A DNA stretch of 64,000 bases from Heteronotia binoei (GCF_032191835.1 NC_083237.1:12214001-12278000); one strand, 5' to 3'. Shown: positions 50,061 through 61,346, numbered from the stretch's first letter. The notes: generated from the letters alone by a model not told the origin. Program-made: numbers and translations.

Positions 50061-50984
50061 ATGGCATGTGAAAACCAAACTTCTTTGGCGGAGTTTGTCC
50101 TCTTGGGCATTCCATACCCTAAAAAGCTACATGCCCCTGTCTTCCTCTTCTTCCTGCTCATCTATTTGCTGACTATCATTGGAAACACCCTTGTTGTTCT
50201 TGCTGTAGCATCCAAACAGCAGCTGCAGAAGCCAATGTACTGGTTGCTCTGCAACTTAGCCGTCCTGGACATCTCCATGTCCTCTGTGATTGTCCCCAAG
50301 ATGATAGCTGGGTTTGTGGAAGGTGGCCAGATTATCTCGTTGAGAGGTTGCATGGTCCAGCTCTTCTCCTACCACTTCCTGGGCTGCTCCGAATTCTTCC
50401 TGTACACTGTGATGGCCTACGACCGCTTCCTGGCCATCTGCAGGCCTCTCCATTACAGCACCATCATGAGCCCCAGAGCATGCCTGTGCCTTTCACTCGG
50501 GTCATGGCTCGGAGGCTGCCTCCACTCTATCATTGAAACCACTGTCACCTTCTGGCTGCCTTATGGCCTGGGCAACGAGATCGGCTACATCTTCTGTGAC
50601 ATCCCTGCCTTGCTGAAGCTGTCCTGTGCAGACACGACATTCAACGAGATGTTCACCTTCATTGATATCGGTTTGGTGGCCATCATGTGCATTCTTCTGA
50701 TTTTGATGACTTACGCTTATGTCATCTCCGCTATTTTGAAGATCCACTCGGCTGACGGGCGCCGTCGGGCTTTCTCCACCTGCGCAGCCCATCTCATTGT
50801 GGTGATGATCTGCTACGTGCCTCTTGCTTTCAACTATCTGCGCCCGGGGGCTCAGGATCTTCTCAGCGGGGTCATAGGTGTCTTCTACACCACACTGACC
50901 CCGTTCCTCAATCCATTGATATATACGCTCAGAAACCAAGAGATGAAAGAGGCCATCTTTAGTCTGAAGGACAGGAGACTATAG
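50061..50984 (+). CDS. Olfactory receptor, class II, OR10G/10D-like, intact (307 aa)
   Basis: Start MACENQTS, matched to the paralogs, lies 17 nt after the acceptor TTTTCTTTTGCAG. Motifs MAYDRFLAIC, STCAAH and PFLNPLIYTLRN. Confidence 0.95.
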   Translation: MACENQTSLAEFVLLGIPYPKKLHAPVFLFFLLIYLLTIIGNTLVVLAVASKQQLQKPMYWLLCNLAVLDISMSSVIVPKMIAGFVEGGQIISLRGCMVQLFSYHFLGCSEFFLYTVMAYDRFLAICRPLHYSTIMSPRACLCLSLGSWLGGCLHSIIETTVTFWLPYGLGNEIGYIFCDIPALLKLSCADTTFNEMFTFIDIGLVAIMCILLILMTYAYVISAILKIHSADGRRRAFSTCAAHLIVVMICYVPLAFNYLRPGAQDLLSGVIGVFYTTLTPFLNPLIYTLRNQEMKEAIFSLKDRRL

Positions 50985-50986
50985 CT

Positions 50987-51685
50987 CAAGGGTGTTAAAT
51001 ATGAGACCTGGGGGCTGAATCAGGCCCTCAAAGGGCTCCCATCAGGTTCTGGAGCAACTGGCTGTCTGCTTTCTTCTCCCTCTCTCTTGCTCCCTTCTGC
51101 ATCTCAGCTTGCTTTGCCAAGATTGCTCAGTCGCACAGCAGTGACAGAACAAAGCCTCTATCTTTTCTGCTGGCTGAGGCGCCTCCCTTGGGGAAGAAGC
51201 AGGGGAGGCAGAGCTTGCTTTGCCAGGCTCTCTCAATCACACAGCAGAGCTACTGAGCCGAGCCTCTCTTCCTTCTTTAGGCTGAGGCTCCTCCCCTTCC
51301 TGCTCTGCCAGAGAGGAAGGGAAAGAGCCAGAGCTTCCTTTGCCCATTTCCCTGGATCCCACAGGAGAAATACAAAGAAAGCACCTTTAAGATCAATGAG
51401 TACTAATGTTTTAAGCACATTNNNNNNNNNNNNNNNNNNNNNNNNNNNNNNNNNNNNNNNNNNNNNNNNNNNNNNNNNNNNNNNNNNNNNNNNNNNNNNN
51501 NNNNNNNNNNNNNNNNNNNNNNNNNNNNNNNNNNNNNNNNNNNNNNNNNNNCCTTTATAAAGTTTATATCTCTGCTACGTACTCTTAAATAGGTACACAC
51601 ATGGCCCAGTCCAGCATTGCCCAGCCCAACAGGGTCTCATTTATGTCAGATCTGGCTTGCATAACAAGTGAGTTCGACACCCCTG
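50987..51685. mobile_element. hAT (Charlie-like) MITE 2 bp after the OR stop codon
   Basis: Ends CAAGGGTGTTAAA / TTCGACACCCCTG, TSD CTATAGCT/CTACAGCT. It spans an N gap. Confidence 0.8.
51422..51551. other. Assembly gap
   Basis: Run of N. Confidence 1.
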
Positions 51686-51822
51686 CTACAGCTCCTTTGT
51701 CTAAGAAGTACATCTTATCAATTGTGTGGGTGCGCCTTTGTGAACATTTCTGTTAATTTTGGCTGCTCCATTTCCATTCCTAGCAAAGAGTTCAGTATCA
51801 CCTTTAAGACCAACGAGCGTTA

Positions 51823-52030
51823 TTGTAGCATAAGATTTTGAGAAACACAGTTCTCTTTGTCAGATGCAGGAAGGGTATATAGCAACTGGCCAATATAACC
51901 AACTATAATATCTTCAGCCAGTTGCTATATACCCTTCCTGCATCTGACGAAGAGATCTGTTTCTCTCGAAAGCCTACGCTACAATGAAATTTGTTAGTCT
52001 CAAAGGTGCTACTGGATTCTTTACTGTTTT
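51823..52030 (+). mobile_element. Penelope pLTR remnant with an inverted duplication and two decayed hammerhead motifs
   Basis: 68-bp inverted arms at 51823-51890 and 51917-51984. CTGACGA...CGAAAGCCTACGC is followed by AAATTTGTTAGTCTCAAAGGTGC, a PLE-type tail. Confidence 0.75.
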
Positions 52031-54254
52031 GCAGCAACAAACTAACATGGCTATCTCCTCTGAATCTATTTCCATTCCTCTCTTCTAAAGGAGTTACAAG
52101 AGGTTGTAATGTGAATGTAAAACCTATGTTAACTAAAATCCTTATTTGCAAAATGAATTTCCAGCTTATACTTAGATGGTTATTATTTCTTAACCTGAAT
52201 CAATAACAGAAGACTAAAGGTGATTCGTGTATGACGTTTCAAGTGCCAAATGGGAGCCTGTGTAGAAGATGAGTCTTGAAAACCACATGTAATCCTTTTT
52301 GATCTGTTTTAGAAGCAGATTTTTCCTAAACAAGTTGAGGTTAGTGTATCTGAATAGCTGCCCCATTCTGTAGTGTCTCGATTGCCTCATGTGAATCTCT
52401 GATCACCTGGCTGCTCAAAGGACAGAGTTTTCTCAGTGGTGGCACTCCATTTCTAGAATTTCCTCCTCCTTGCTATCTTTCAGCTTTGCACGGTTTTACT
52501 TTGGGATTTTTGAATTTGTGTGTTCCTTTTACTGTGCAGTTTTGTTACTGTGTCGGCGCTTTTATTGTAAGCAGCCTTAAGCCGTTCTCCGGAGAGGTGG
52601 CATTTAATCACAGCTGAGGCCTCATTAATACTGAGCTTCATGGTCTTGGGATTGGCTTTAAAAGTTGCTGTCTGCAACATAGGCCATCTGTATCAGATGC
52701 CATGTTAAATAGTGAGTTCGATGCATGGTAGAGGCGAAGTTGCAGCGATCAAAGCTTTTTTGTTGTTGTGATAACCAAAAAGCCCAGCAGGAGCTCATTT
52801 GTATATTAGGCCACACCCTCTGACATCGCCATTGTTTCGCATAGGGCTTTTTAGTAGAAAAAGCCTGGCAATAGCTCATTTGCATAGTAGGCCACACCCC
52901 CTGACACCTAGCCAGCCGGAACTGCGTTGGTGATAACAGCATTGCAACAGCTAAACTAGAGAGTACTGTGCAGGGCCAACGGGGCCAACTATATACACTC
53001 AAAAGTTCCTGCACTAGAATGCCATTGGGACAGCGGAACCAGCAGGGCCTGGTGATTGGTCCAGGGAAGCAGGAATTTGCATCCTGCTTCCCATTGGTCC
53101 CAGTCCCCAAGCTCAATCCTATGGCTCCAAGGAGCCCGGCAGGAACTACCACAACAAGAAGTCCACATACACAACATGCCACCTGTTCTGTGATTGCAAA
53201 GGGAGAGCAAAGAGAATGGGCAAGTCATGTGCCAATGTAGAAAGTGCTGAGCATCACAGCAAATAAATTTCCAGGCTGAGCCAAGCCAAACCTACCCTAG
53301 GACAGGCAATCGGCTACTTTTTACGCATTTCACAAACGCCACACTAGATGGGCCAAACTCACCCAGTGCTGCACAAGCCACGCCTTTCTTTATATAAAAC
53401 CTTGATTCGCTTCCTGTCTTCCTTACGGAGCTCAACGCGGATTGCAATGTAAATAAAGTACGCATTTGAGTACACAGGGGTCATTTTGTAGAAAAATAGG
53501 TGGTGGAGCTCATTAGCATAACTCATTAACATATCCCCCCCCCCAGCCAAAAGCAACCTGACACAAGAAAGGAGAGCCCTGGGTGAGTGAGGCCTGGTTG
53601 GGCTGGCTAGAGATCCAGCCAGCCCAAGAAGGCCTTGCTCACCTGGGGCTCTCTTGGGCAAACCCACGCCGCACCCCCGTTCAAAAGGCCAGCAAGCCAC
53701 CTGCCACCCAAAATCACATAAGAAGTGGAGAAAGGGTGGTGTGGGCTTCTCCAGGAGTTAATTAGAGCTGCTGGGGGCATGGCAAAGCCGCTGGTGGCTG
53801 GCTGCCCATCCGCCCTCCTAATCCAGGGATTGTTATGCAGCTGCACCTACTATTCAATGGACAAGGTAGGTGGGGAGGATGAGGAGGAACCCACAGAAAG
53901 GTTCAGGAGCTGTGCTCCTGTGAGCTCCTGCTGAATCTGAGGCCTGTGAATACACAAAACTACATATAACCAGAATTTAGAATCACAATTTAGGACCTCT
54001 TTAATCCAATGCAAATCCCAAATAAAAGCAACTTCAGCTGCCTCCTACACAGGGGCGTAGCTAGGGCTTTGGGGGCCTGGGGCCCAAGATTTATGTGGGC
54101 CCCCCTATGTGTGTGGCTGAGGGGAGGGGAGGGGCTTCCCTGCCTTAAGACGCCGAGCGGCGTCTTTTCTAATGAAATAGAGACTGTTTGTAATTGTTTT
54201 TGGCACAATTGTTTTTGTTTTGGTCTGTTGCTGTGCAGCCACTCTTATTTTGTG

Positions 54255-54330
54255 GCTACCTGAACCCAGCTTCCGCCAGGATCGAACTCAGGTCATGAGC
54301 AGAGAGCTTTGCAGTACTGCAGCTTTAGCA
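54255..54330 (-). mobile_element. Sauria SINE 5' fragment
   Basis: CCCAGCTTCCGCCAGGATCGAACTCAGGTC...GCAGTACTGCAGC matches the Sauria SINE head as I recall it. Confidence 0.65.
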
Positions 54331-54713
54331 GCGTTTCAACGGACTTCAATGCTCACTCTCTCATAAAGAACGCAAGAGCAATGTAACTCAGTTTGGCAGC
54401 ATTTTTTCACTGGGAACTGCATCTACATTTTCAACAGTAACCTGACAGGAGAAATATAGCAGCCAGGTTTCTTTTTTTTTTTCAAACAGTCGCAAAAGGG
54501 CACAAAATATGTGGGTTCCCATGGCAGAAAATTTAAATGAGGACATCCCATGTCTTGGACCCTATTTTTTTCCTTCCAAGCTCTTTTGCTCAAAAGTCTG
54601 TACATCTTACTTAGGAATAAGTTTCAGAGACATCCATGGGATTTGCTTTGGAGGAAGCACAAAGAGTGGGATTCAAACCCTGATCGCCAAGATCCTAGTT
54701 CAACACTCTAGCA

Positions 54714-55258
54714 CAGGGGTGGCCAAACTGTGGCTCAGGAGCCATGTGCGGCTCTTTTACACATGATATTGGTGATATTGGATGATATTGGATTTATATT
54801 CCCACCCTATATTCTGAATCTCAGAGCGGCTCACTATCTCCTTTACTGCCCCCCACCACCACCACCACAAGACACCTTGTGGGGTACCTGGGGCTAAGAG
54901 AGCTCTCACAGCAGCTGCCCTTTCAAGGACAACTCCTACGAGAGCTATGGCTGACCCAAGGCCATTCCAGCAGCTGCAAGAGGAGGAATGGGGACTCCAA
55001 CCCGGTTCTCCCAGATAAGAATCCGCACACTTAACCACTACACCAAACATATTGTGTGGCTTCCAAAGCCCCTACCACCCCATTGGCTGGCTTGGAGAAA
55101 TCATTTCTCTCTTGAAATCACTTCTCCAAACCAGCCAGCAGCTTGAATAATGCATTTAAAGTTAAAGTTGCTTTCTTTCAATCCCTCTCTCCTCCCTGCT
55201 CTCAAACATCTGATGTTCATTCTGTGCTGCTCTTACGTGAAGCAAGTCTGGCCACCCC
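54714..55258. mobile_element. hAT MITE (CAGGGGTGGCCAAAC) containing a Squam3-like SINE (54765-55048, minus strand)
   Basis: TIRs present. Same family as 63301-63634. Confidence 0.8.
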
Positions 55259-56194
55259 ATGGGACTTCTCAGTAATCATGAAGCCAGATCGGGGCTGGAG
55301 CTCTCTAATGATATGCAACCCACGTGCTTTGCAGAGCCAGGCCGGCATCCCACCGTTCCGAGCGACTCTGCCTGGCCCCTTGCTCAAGGCTGATGCAAAT
55401 AGCGTGGAAAGTCCTGCCGTGGCGGCAGCTGCGCCTTCCGAGGAGTCCTGCTTTCTGCTAACGAGGGCTGCTTTCTGCTAACGAGGGCTGGAAGGCGCCT
55501 TTCCTCCGCTGCCTGTGATTGGCCCAGGGGCTCCCATTATGCTGATGACCCGCTCGCTCCTCCTCCTGCAGCCCTGGCCATCTGCCTCGCTTCGCAACGG
55601 GGACTCTTGTGAGCGCCTAAGTTGCAACTCCAGGAAACTGACTAAGAAGGGCGAGAAGGAGGGCTTGTCTTTTTTTTCTTTAGTTTTGCTTTGCTTTGCT
55701 GCATCTCGGTTGAAGTTGAGGCTGGAGTGCGCGTGCCGCTTGACACACGCGCGCACGCACGCTCACCTCTTCCTCAGAACTTCCTTCTGTGGCGGCGGCG
55801 GGGACGCCAGGCAGCCGGCTTCTGAGGGGCCCCTTGGCATTGCCAAGGGGCCCCCCAGAGCCCCCAGACCTGGGGCGATCCGCCCCTCCCGCCCCCCCCT
55901 TCCTACGCCACTGCTCCTACAGATCAAAAGCGAGGGAGCCAGGTGCATCTCCCTGGGGAGGTTGTTCCAGAATCATGAAAAGGCCCTTTTGCATGTACCA
56001 ACCAGACAAGCTTGTTTGATATATATGAGACAGACGGCAAGGCCTCTTCCTGTGATCTCAGTTCCCAGGCAGGAACATATGGGAGAACCGAGTCCCTCAG
56101 ATACCCCAGAAACCAAGCCATATAGTCCTTCAAAGGCCAAAACCAATACCTTGAACTGGGCTCAAGGGTGGATCAATATAGCCAGTGTAATAGC

Positions 56195-56236
56195 TAGGGT
56201 TGCCAGCCTCCAGGTGGGGACAGGAAACCTCTCGCT

Positions 56237-56290
<54 letters not shown>

Positions 56291-56523
56291 TTATTTTTAT
56301 ATCCCGCCCTCCCCCACCAGGGGCGGGCTCAGGGCGGCTCACAGACATGGAAATTCCATAAATTAGCAACTGATCTCCAGCTGGCAAAGAAAACGGTGGC
56401 TTTGAAGGGAGGGCTCTTTGGCATTCTACTCTGCTGAGGCCCCTCCCCTCTCTAAACCCAGTCCTCTCCTGGCTCCATCTCCAACATCTCCAGGTATCTT
56501 CCAACACAGACCTGGCAACCCTA
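56195..56523. mobile_element. hAT MITE with an inserted L2-type tail and (AAT)n
   Basis: Perfect TSD GTAATAGC, (AAT)n at about 56240-56288. Confidence 0.87.
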
Positions 56524-56800
56524 GTAATAGCTGTAGTTTTGGGGTCACGTGCTCCTGATTGCTGGCCTGACCAGCAGTCTAAATGCAGCCTTCTGCACTC
56601 GCTGCCGCTTCCAAACACTCCCTGTTTTCATTAAACGTTTATGAAAAATAAAGTTCCAATGTCCAAGCGTGTTGAAATTCTCTTCTTTTTCACCATGGCG
56701 CTCATAGCGAAATCTTGAGATATGCTAATCTGAGCGAAAGCAGCCCACCTAAAGAGACTTTCACAGCTTAGACGCACTCGAGCCTTACTCTCCTCAACTC

Positions 56801-57259
56801 CAGGGCTTCTTTTGGTAGCAGGAGCTCCTGTGCATATTAGGCCACACACCCCTGATGTAGCCAATCCTCCCAGAGCTTACAGGGCTCTTAGTTCAGGGCC
56901 TCCTGTAAGCTCCAGGAAGACTGGCTACATCAGGGGTGTGTGGCCTAATATGCAAAGGAACTCCTGCTAGAATTCCAAGCTCTTGGAGGATTGGCTACAT
57001 CAGGGGTGTGTGGCCTAATATGCAAAGGAGCCCCTGCTAGAATTCCAAGCTCTTGGAGGATTGGCTACATCAGGGGTGTGTGGCCTAATATGCAAAGGAG
57101 CCCCTGCTAGAATTCCAAGCTCTTGGAGGATTGGCTACATCAGGAGTGTGGCCTAATATGCAAAGGAGCCCCTGCTAGAATTCCAAGCTCTTGGAGGATT
57201 GGCTACATCAGGAGTGTGGCCTAATATGCAAAGGAACTCCTGCTAGAATTCCACCCCTG
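56801..57259. repeat. Palindromic MITE whose right arm is tandemly repeated five times
   Basis: Units start at 56907, 56977, 57047, 57117 and 57185 (70, 70, 70, 68 and 68 bp). Confidence 0.9.
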
Positions 57260-57763
57260 GGCGGAGCTAAGAAGTGTGTGGCTGGAGAGAGAGAGGGGTC
57301 AGCAGTGAACTCTCAGAGTGCCAGTCAAACCATCTAACCACTGCCCCACACTGTCAATCCTCCTGGAGCTTATAGGGCTTTTAGTACAGGGCCTCCTGTA
57401 AGCTCCAGGAAGATTGGCTACATCAGGGGGGCGTGGCCTAAGATGCAAAGGAGTTCCTGCTACAAAAACAAGTCCTGTATATGCTCACAGGTACAAATGG
57501 ATCCCTTCATTTGAAAAGGCTGGTGTAGTCCGCTTTAAAAGTTATTGCTCAACTTTTCCGGTTACAGGTGAAAACAATTACTAGGATCACCAGGAAATTA
57601 CTTGGGTTGGCCTCCCGGGAGACTGGGGCCAGGGACATGGGGGGATGGCCGTCACATCCATAGGGGAGTCTGGGAGTTGCTTGAGCCCTGATATTCAGTG
57701 CTTCTCCCACCTTTGTCCTGCAGCCAGCAGCTACTTTGGAGACTAATAGCGTCGTTTTCTGAT

Positions 57764-58025
57764 GAGTTTTCCCACACAGCTTACCTCAGAGTGAAGTCCC
57801 TCTTCACTGCGCAGCGTCTGCTCGGATTTCCCACCACCTGCTCCGCAGAAGCAGGAAGAGCCGCGGCTTTTGCGTCACTAACGTAAACTGGGTTTTAGCA
57901 ATTTACATTTGCGACGCAAAAGGCCCAGCACTTCCTGCTTCTGCGGAGCAGATGGTGGGAAATCTGAGCAGACGCTGCGCAGTGAAGAGGGACGTCACTC
58001 CGAGGTGAGCTGTGTGCAAAAACGG
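57764..58025. mobile_element. Hairpin MITE (Harbinger-like, related to 30540-30774)
   Basis: Inverted arms of about 125 bp; shares GTCCCTCTTCAC.GCGCAGCGTCTGC with the other copy. Confidence 0.82.
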
Positions 58026-58152
58026 TTATGAATTCTACAGATGGATGGATGGTCAGATTGTTTTATTTATAGAGTGTGAATATGCTTGCCAAATTCAAAT
58101 CTTTATGCCTATTTGAATTACTTTCAGCATTTTGAATTATGGGGAGAAACTG

Positions 58153-58156
58153 GATT

Positions 58157-58190
<34 letters not shown>

Positions 58191-58880
58191 ATTTTATTTA
58201 TATCCCGGCCTCCCCGCCGAAGCAGGCTCAGGGCAGCTCACAACATATAAATTTCAATTTACAGTAAAACATCAGTGCAATTATAATAATAATAATAAGT
58301 TTTATTTATACCCCGCCCTCCCCGCCGAGGCAGGCTCAGGGCGGCTTACAGGGCAGCATCATGATATAACAATGACAGATAAAATCAATCAGCAATATAA
58401 ATACAAATATAAATTAATTTAAAAAGCTAAAACAATACAGATAAATCATTCATTAGATTCATTAAATAAAACATCATATTTAAAACCATCATATACAATT
58501 AAAATTAACAGTCGTGGTGCTACATCTCAGATGTTTTCTTCAGTAAGTTTATTGGCTGGATATGTCTACAGCAGATCTGTCTTAGGTCTATATTTAGGCA
58601 AAGGCCATTTCAAGAAGAGTAGTCTTGCAGGCCCTACGGAATTGATCAAGACTCCGCAGGGCCCGCATTTCATCTGGAAGTTGATTCCACCAGTGTGGAG
58701 CTACGATTGATAAGGCCCGTTCTTGTGTGCTCTTCAATTTGGCCTCCTTTGGCCCAGGGATTGTCAGCCAGTTCTTCCCCCTGATCTCAGTACTCTCTGG
58801 GGTTCATATGGGGAGAGACGGTCCCTAAGTTAGGCAGGCCCTCGACCATATAGGGCTTTAAAGGTGATGACCAGCACTTT
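58153..58880 (-). mobile_element. L2 LINE 3' end with a duplicated tail and (AAT)n
   Basis: The minus strand reads KVLVITFKALYG...RALSIVAPHWWNQLP...FRRACKTTLLEMAFA*. Two tail copies at 58153-58245 and 58287-58350. Confidence 0.88.
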
Positions 58881-58958
58881 GGCCGCTGTGTAACAAGAGT
58901 GTTAGGCAGAATGGGCCACTGGTCTGATCCAACATGGCATCTCTTACGTTCTTATGTA
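58881..58958 (+). mobile_element. CR1 3' UTR remnant
   Basis: GGCCACTGGTCTGATCCAACATGGC...TTCTTATG. Confidence 0.7.
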
Positions 58959-59195
58959 TTGCAGCGTGGAAATATTGAATTAACCATTTGCTTCTCTAAA
59001 TCATTCGTAAGACTGAAGAGCTACTAACCAGTAATACTCAAGCACCCAGATGTTTTATTGATTCTCAGTGAGCGAAGTCAGGGCCTTTTATGGTAGCAGG
59101 AGCTCCTTTACATATTAGGCCACAAACCCCCGATGCAGCCAATCCTCCTGGAACTTACAATAGGCCCTGTACTAAGAGCCATGCAAGCTCCGGGA

Positions 59196-59638
59196 GGAGA
59201 AGAAGACGACAACAACATTGGATTTATATTCCACCCTCCACTCAAGAGTCTCAGAGTAGCTCACAATCTCCTTTATCTCCCTTGTCCTTGAAAGGGCAGC
59301 TGTTGTGAGAGCCCTCTCCAGCCCCACCCACCTCACAGGGTGTCTGTTGTTGGGGAGGAAGGTAAAGGAGATTGTGAGCTGCTCTGAGACTCTTCGGAGT
59401 GGAGGGTGGGATATAAATCCAATATCTTCTTCTTCTTCCCTCCCCCACAACAGAAATCCTGTGAGGTGGGTGGGGCTGAGAGGACTCTCACAGCAGCTGC
59501 CCTTTCAAGGACAACCTCTGCCAGAGCTATGGCTGACCCAAGGCCATTCCAGCAGGTGCAAGTGGAGGAGTGCGGAATCAAACCCAGTTCTCTCAGATAA
59601 GAGTCCGCACACTTCACCATTACACCAAACTGGCTCTC
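59196..59638 (-). mobile_element. Squam3-like SINE with an inverted SINE half (59281-59437) inside, itself nested in a palindromic MITE
   Basis: A minus-strand copy is interrupted by a plus-strand 3' half. MITE halves lie at about 59085-59190 and 59639-59700. Confidence 0.85.
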
Positions 59639-60324
59639 AAGGAGGATTGGCTACATCAGGGGGTGCGGCATAATATGTTCCGACTACCAAAAAAAGCCCT
59701 GAGCGGAGTTAATTATTCTCTAATCCCCCCCCCCAATTGAAGTGGACCTTTAAAATGCTTAAATGTGCAAGGATGAACCCCATGCTTGTTAAAAGCATCA
59801 CTCAAAGTCAAGTTTCAGAAGCAAAAATCTGAAAATTATTTTCCAGTGTTTCGTTATTTTATTTATTTATTTGCATTTCTGCCTTGAAACATATTGCATT
59901 TGAGACTCAGATGAGTCCGACAATCATGTAAGATCCAAGCTGGTTTTAGACTAGAGCTCTTCAGCTTGAGTGGCATCACTATTCGCTTTTAACGGCTAAA
60001 AATAAAACTGAAAAATCCTTTGAGTCTTCTCTACTGTTTGCATAGAACGTGAAGAAAACAAAATAATTGGAGCCCAATTGAGAGATTTTGAGTGGGAATC
60101 CAAAGATACTTCACTGTAGGGACCTGATCCTTATAGAATCTTATAGCTCTTCTTCTTCCAGGATGGCAAAACCTAAGGTGGATTGTGAAGAGCTCCAGGG
60201 GAAAAAGCTCTTTAAAGTGGGCGAGTGGAAAACAATTTGACAAACGCAGTTCACGTATGTGGATCTCATACACTAGAACAACAACAACAAAAATGAGCAC
60301 CCAGCTTGCTGGCAGCAAAGTGTA

Positions 60325-60450
60325 GTTGACTGGGGAAGGCAATGGCAAACCACCCCATTTAAAAGTCTGCCGTGAAAATAATGTGATACGACGTCACCCC
60401 AGAGTTGGAAACGACTGGTTCTTGCACAGGGGACTACCCTTACCTTACCT
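60325..60450 (+). mobile_element. BovB / Sauria-SINE 3' end
   Basis: GGAAGGCAATGGCAAACCACCCC...GAGTTGGAAACGACTGG...(ACCTT)n tail. Confidence 0.75.
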
Positions 60451-60476
60451 TAGACTGTCAACCCAAATACCTGTCC

Positions 60477-60729
60477 NNNNNNNNNNNNNNNNNNNNNNNN
60501 NNNNNNNNNNNNNNNNNNNNNNNNNNNNNNNNNNNNNNNNNNNNNNNNNNNNNNNNNNNNNNNNNNNNNNNNNNNNNNNNNNNNNNNNNNNNNNNNNNNN
60601 NNNNNNNNNNNNNNNNNNNNNNNNNNNNNNNNNNNNNNNNNNNNNNNNNNNNNNNNNNNNNNNNNNNNNNNNNNNNNNNNNNNNNNNNNNNNNNNNNNNN
60701 NNNNNNNNNNNNNNNNNNNNNNNNNNNNN
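60477..60729. other. Assembly gap
   Basis: Run of N. Confidence 1.
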
Positions 60730-61346
60730 TCTCCGCAAGCAGACTCAGGGCGGCTAACAGTCAGTTCTATAATACAATTTAAAACCAATAAAATACAATT
60801 TGAAACATTTTGTGGTGCTGTGCAACTTTGATATGGCGGGATCTTTCCTTTTTCAGTTTTTTACCTTTTCTGGCATTTCATTATTGCCATGATTTTAAAC
60901 CAATTTCAATACAATCCATTTCAGAACAGGGTGTGAAATTCCAGGATGTGGAATTCAGTACCTGTTAAATACTGGGTTCAGTGGAGAAGAACGAGGACTC
61001 CCAGATTGTGGTCAGCATCTTTTACTTGGTGATTCAGCATAACTATGTACAAGAAAACAAGCATGAACCCCCCCCCCCCCCCAGACTTAGGCCTGGTTAT
61101 ATACAGTGAGACTCCACCCTGCTACCAACTCATAGGTCCATTCAGACCAACCCAATAGCCCCCTATAGGTGGTCCAGGGCAGCCCGACCAACCAGGCTGC
61201 AGATGTCTCAATCCTGGTGTTTCATTGTCCACAGCATTGAAGCTCACAGAGTCTCTAAGTGTTAAGGCATGGACATAACCATGGCTCTTTTTCTAGCAGG
61301 AGCTCCTCTGCAAATCAGGCCACACTCCCCTAATGTAGCCAATCCT

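Larger units (their letters stand above)
54050..55913. mobile_element. 1.86-kb non-autonomous hAT element with nested insertions
   Basis: TIRs CAGGGGCGTAG / CTACGCCACTG, perfect TSD CTCCTACA. Confidence 0.85.

Noticed and set aside
55515-56240. 241-aa ORF as a transposase or host gene
   Set aside because: It crosses the element boundary at 55913, has low complexity and lacks hAT motifs.
46904-57252. 67-70 bp tandem repeats as CRISPR arrays
   Set aside because: There are no unique spacers, the units are CR1 and MITE sequence, and the DNA is eukaryotic with no cas genes.
60326-60788. ORFs spanning N runs (also near 51.4 and 61.5 kb)
   Set aside because: They are artefacts of translating assembly gaps.
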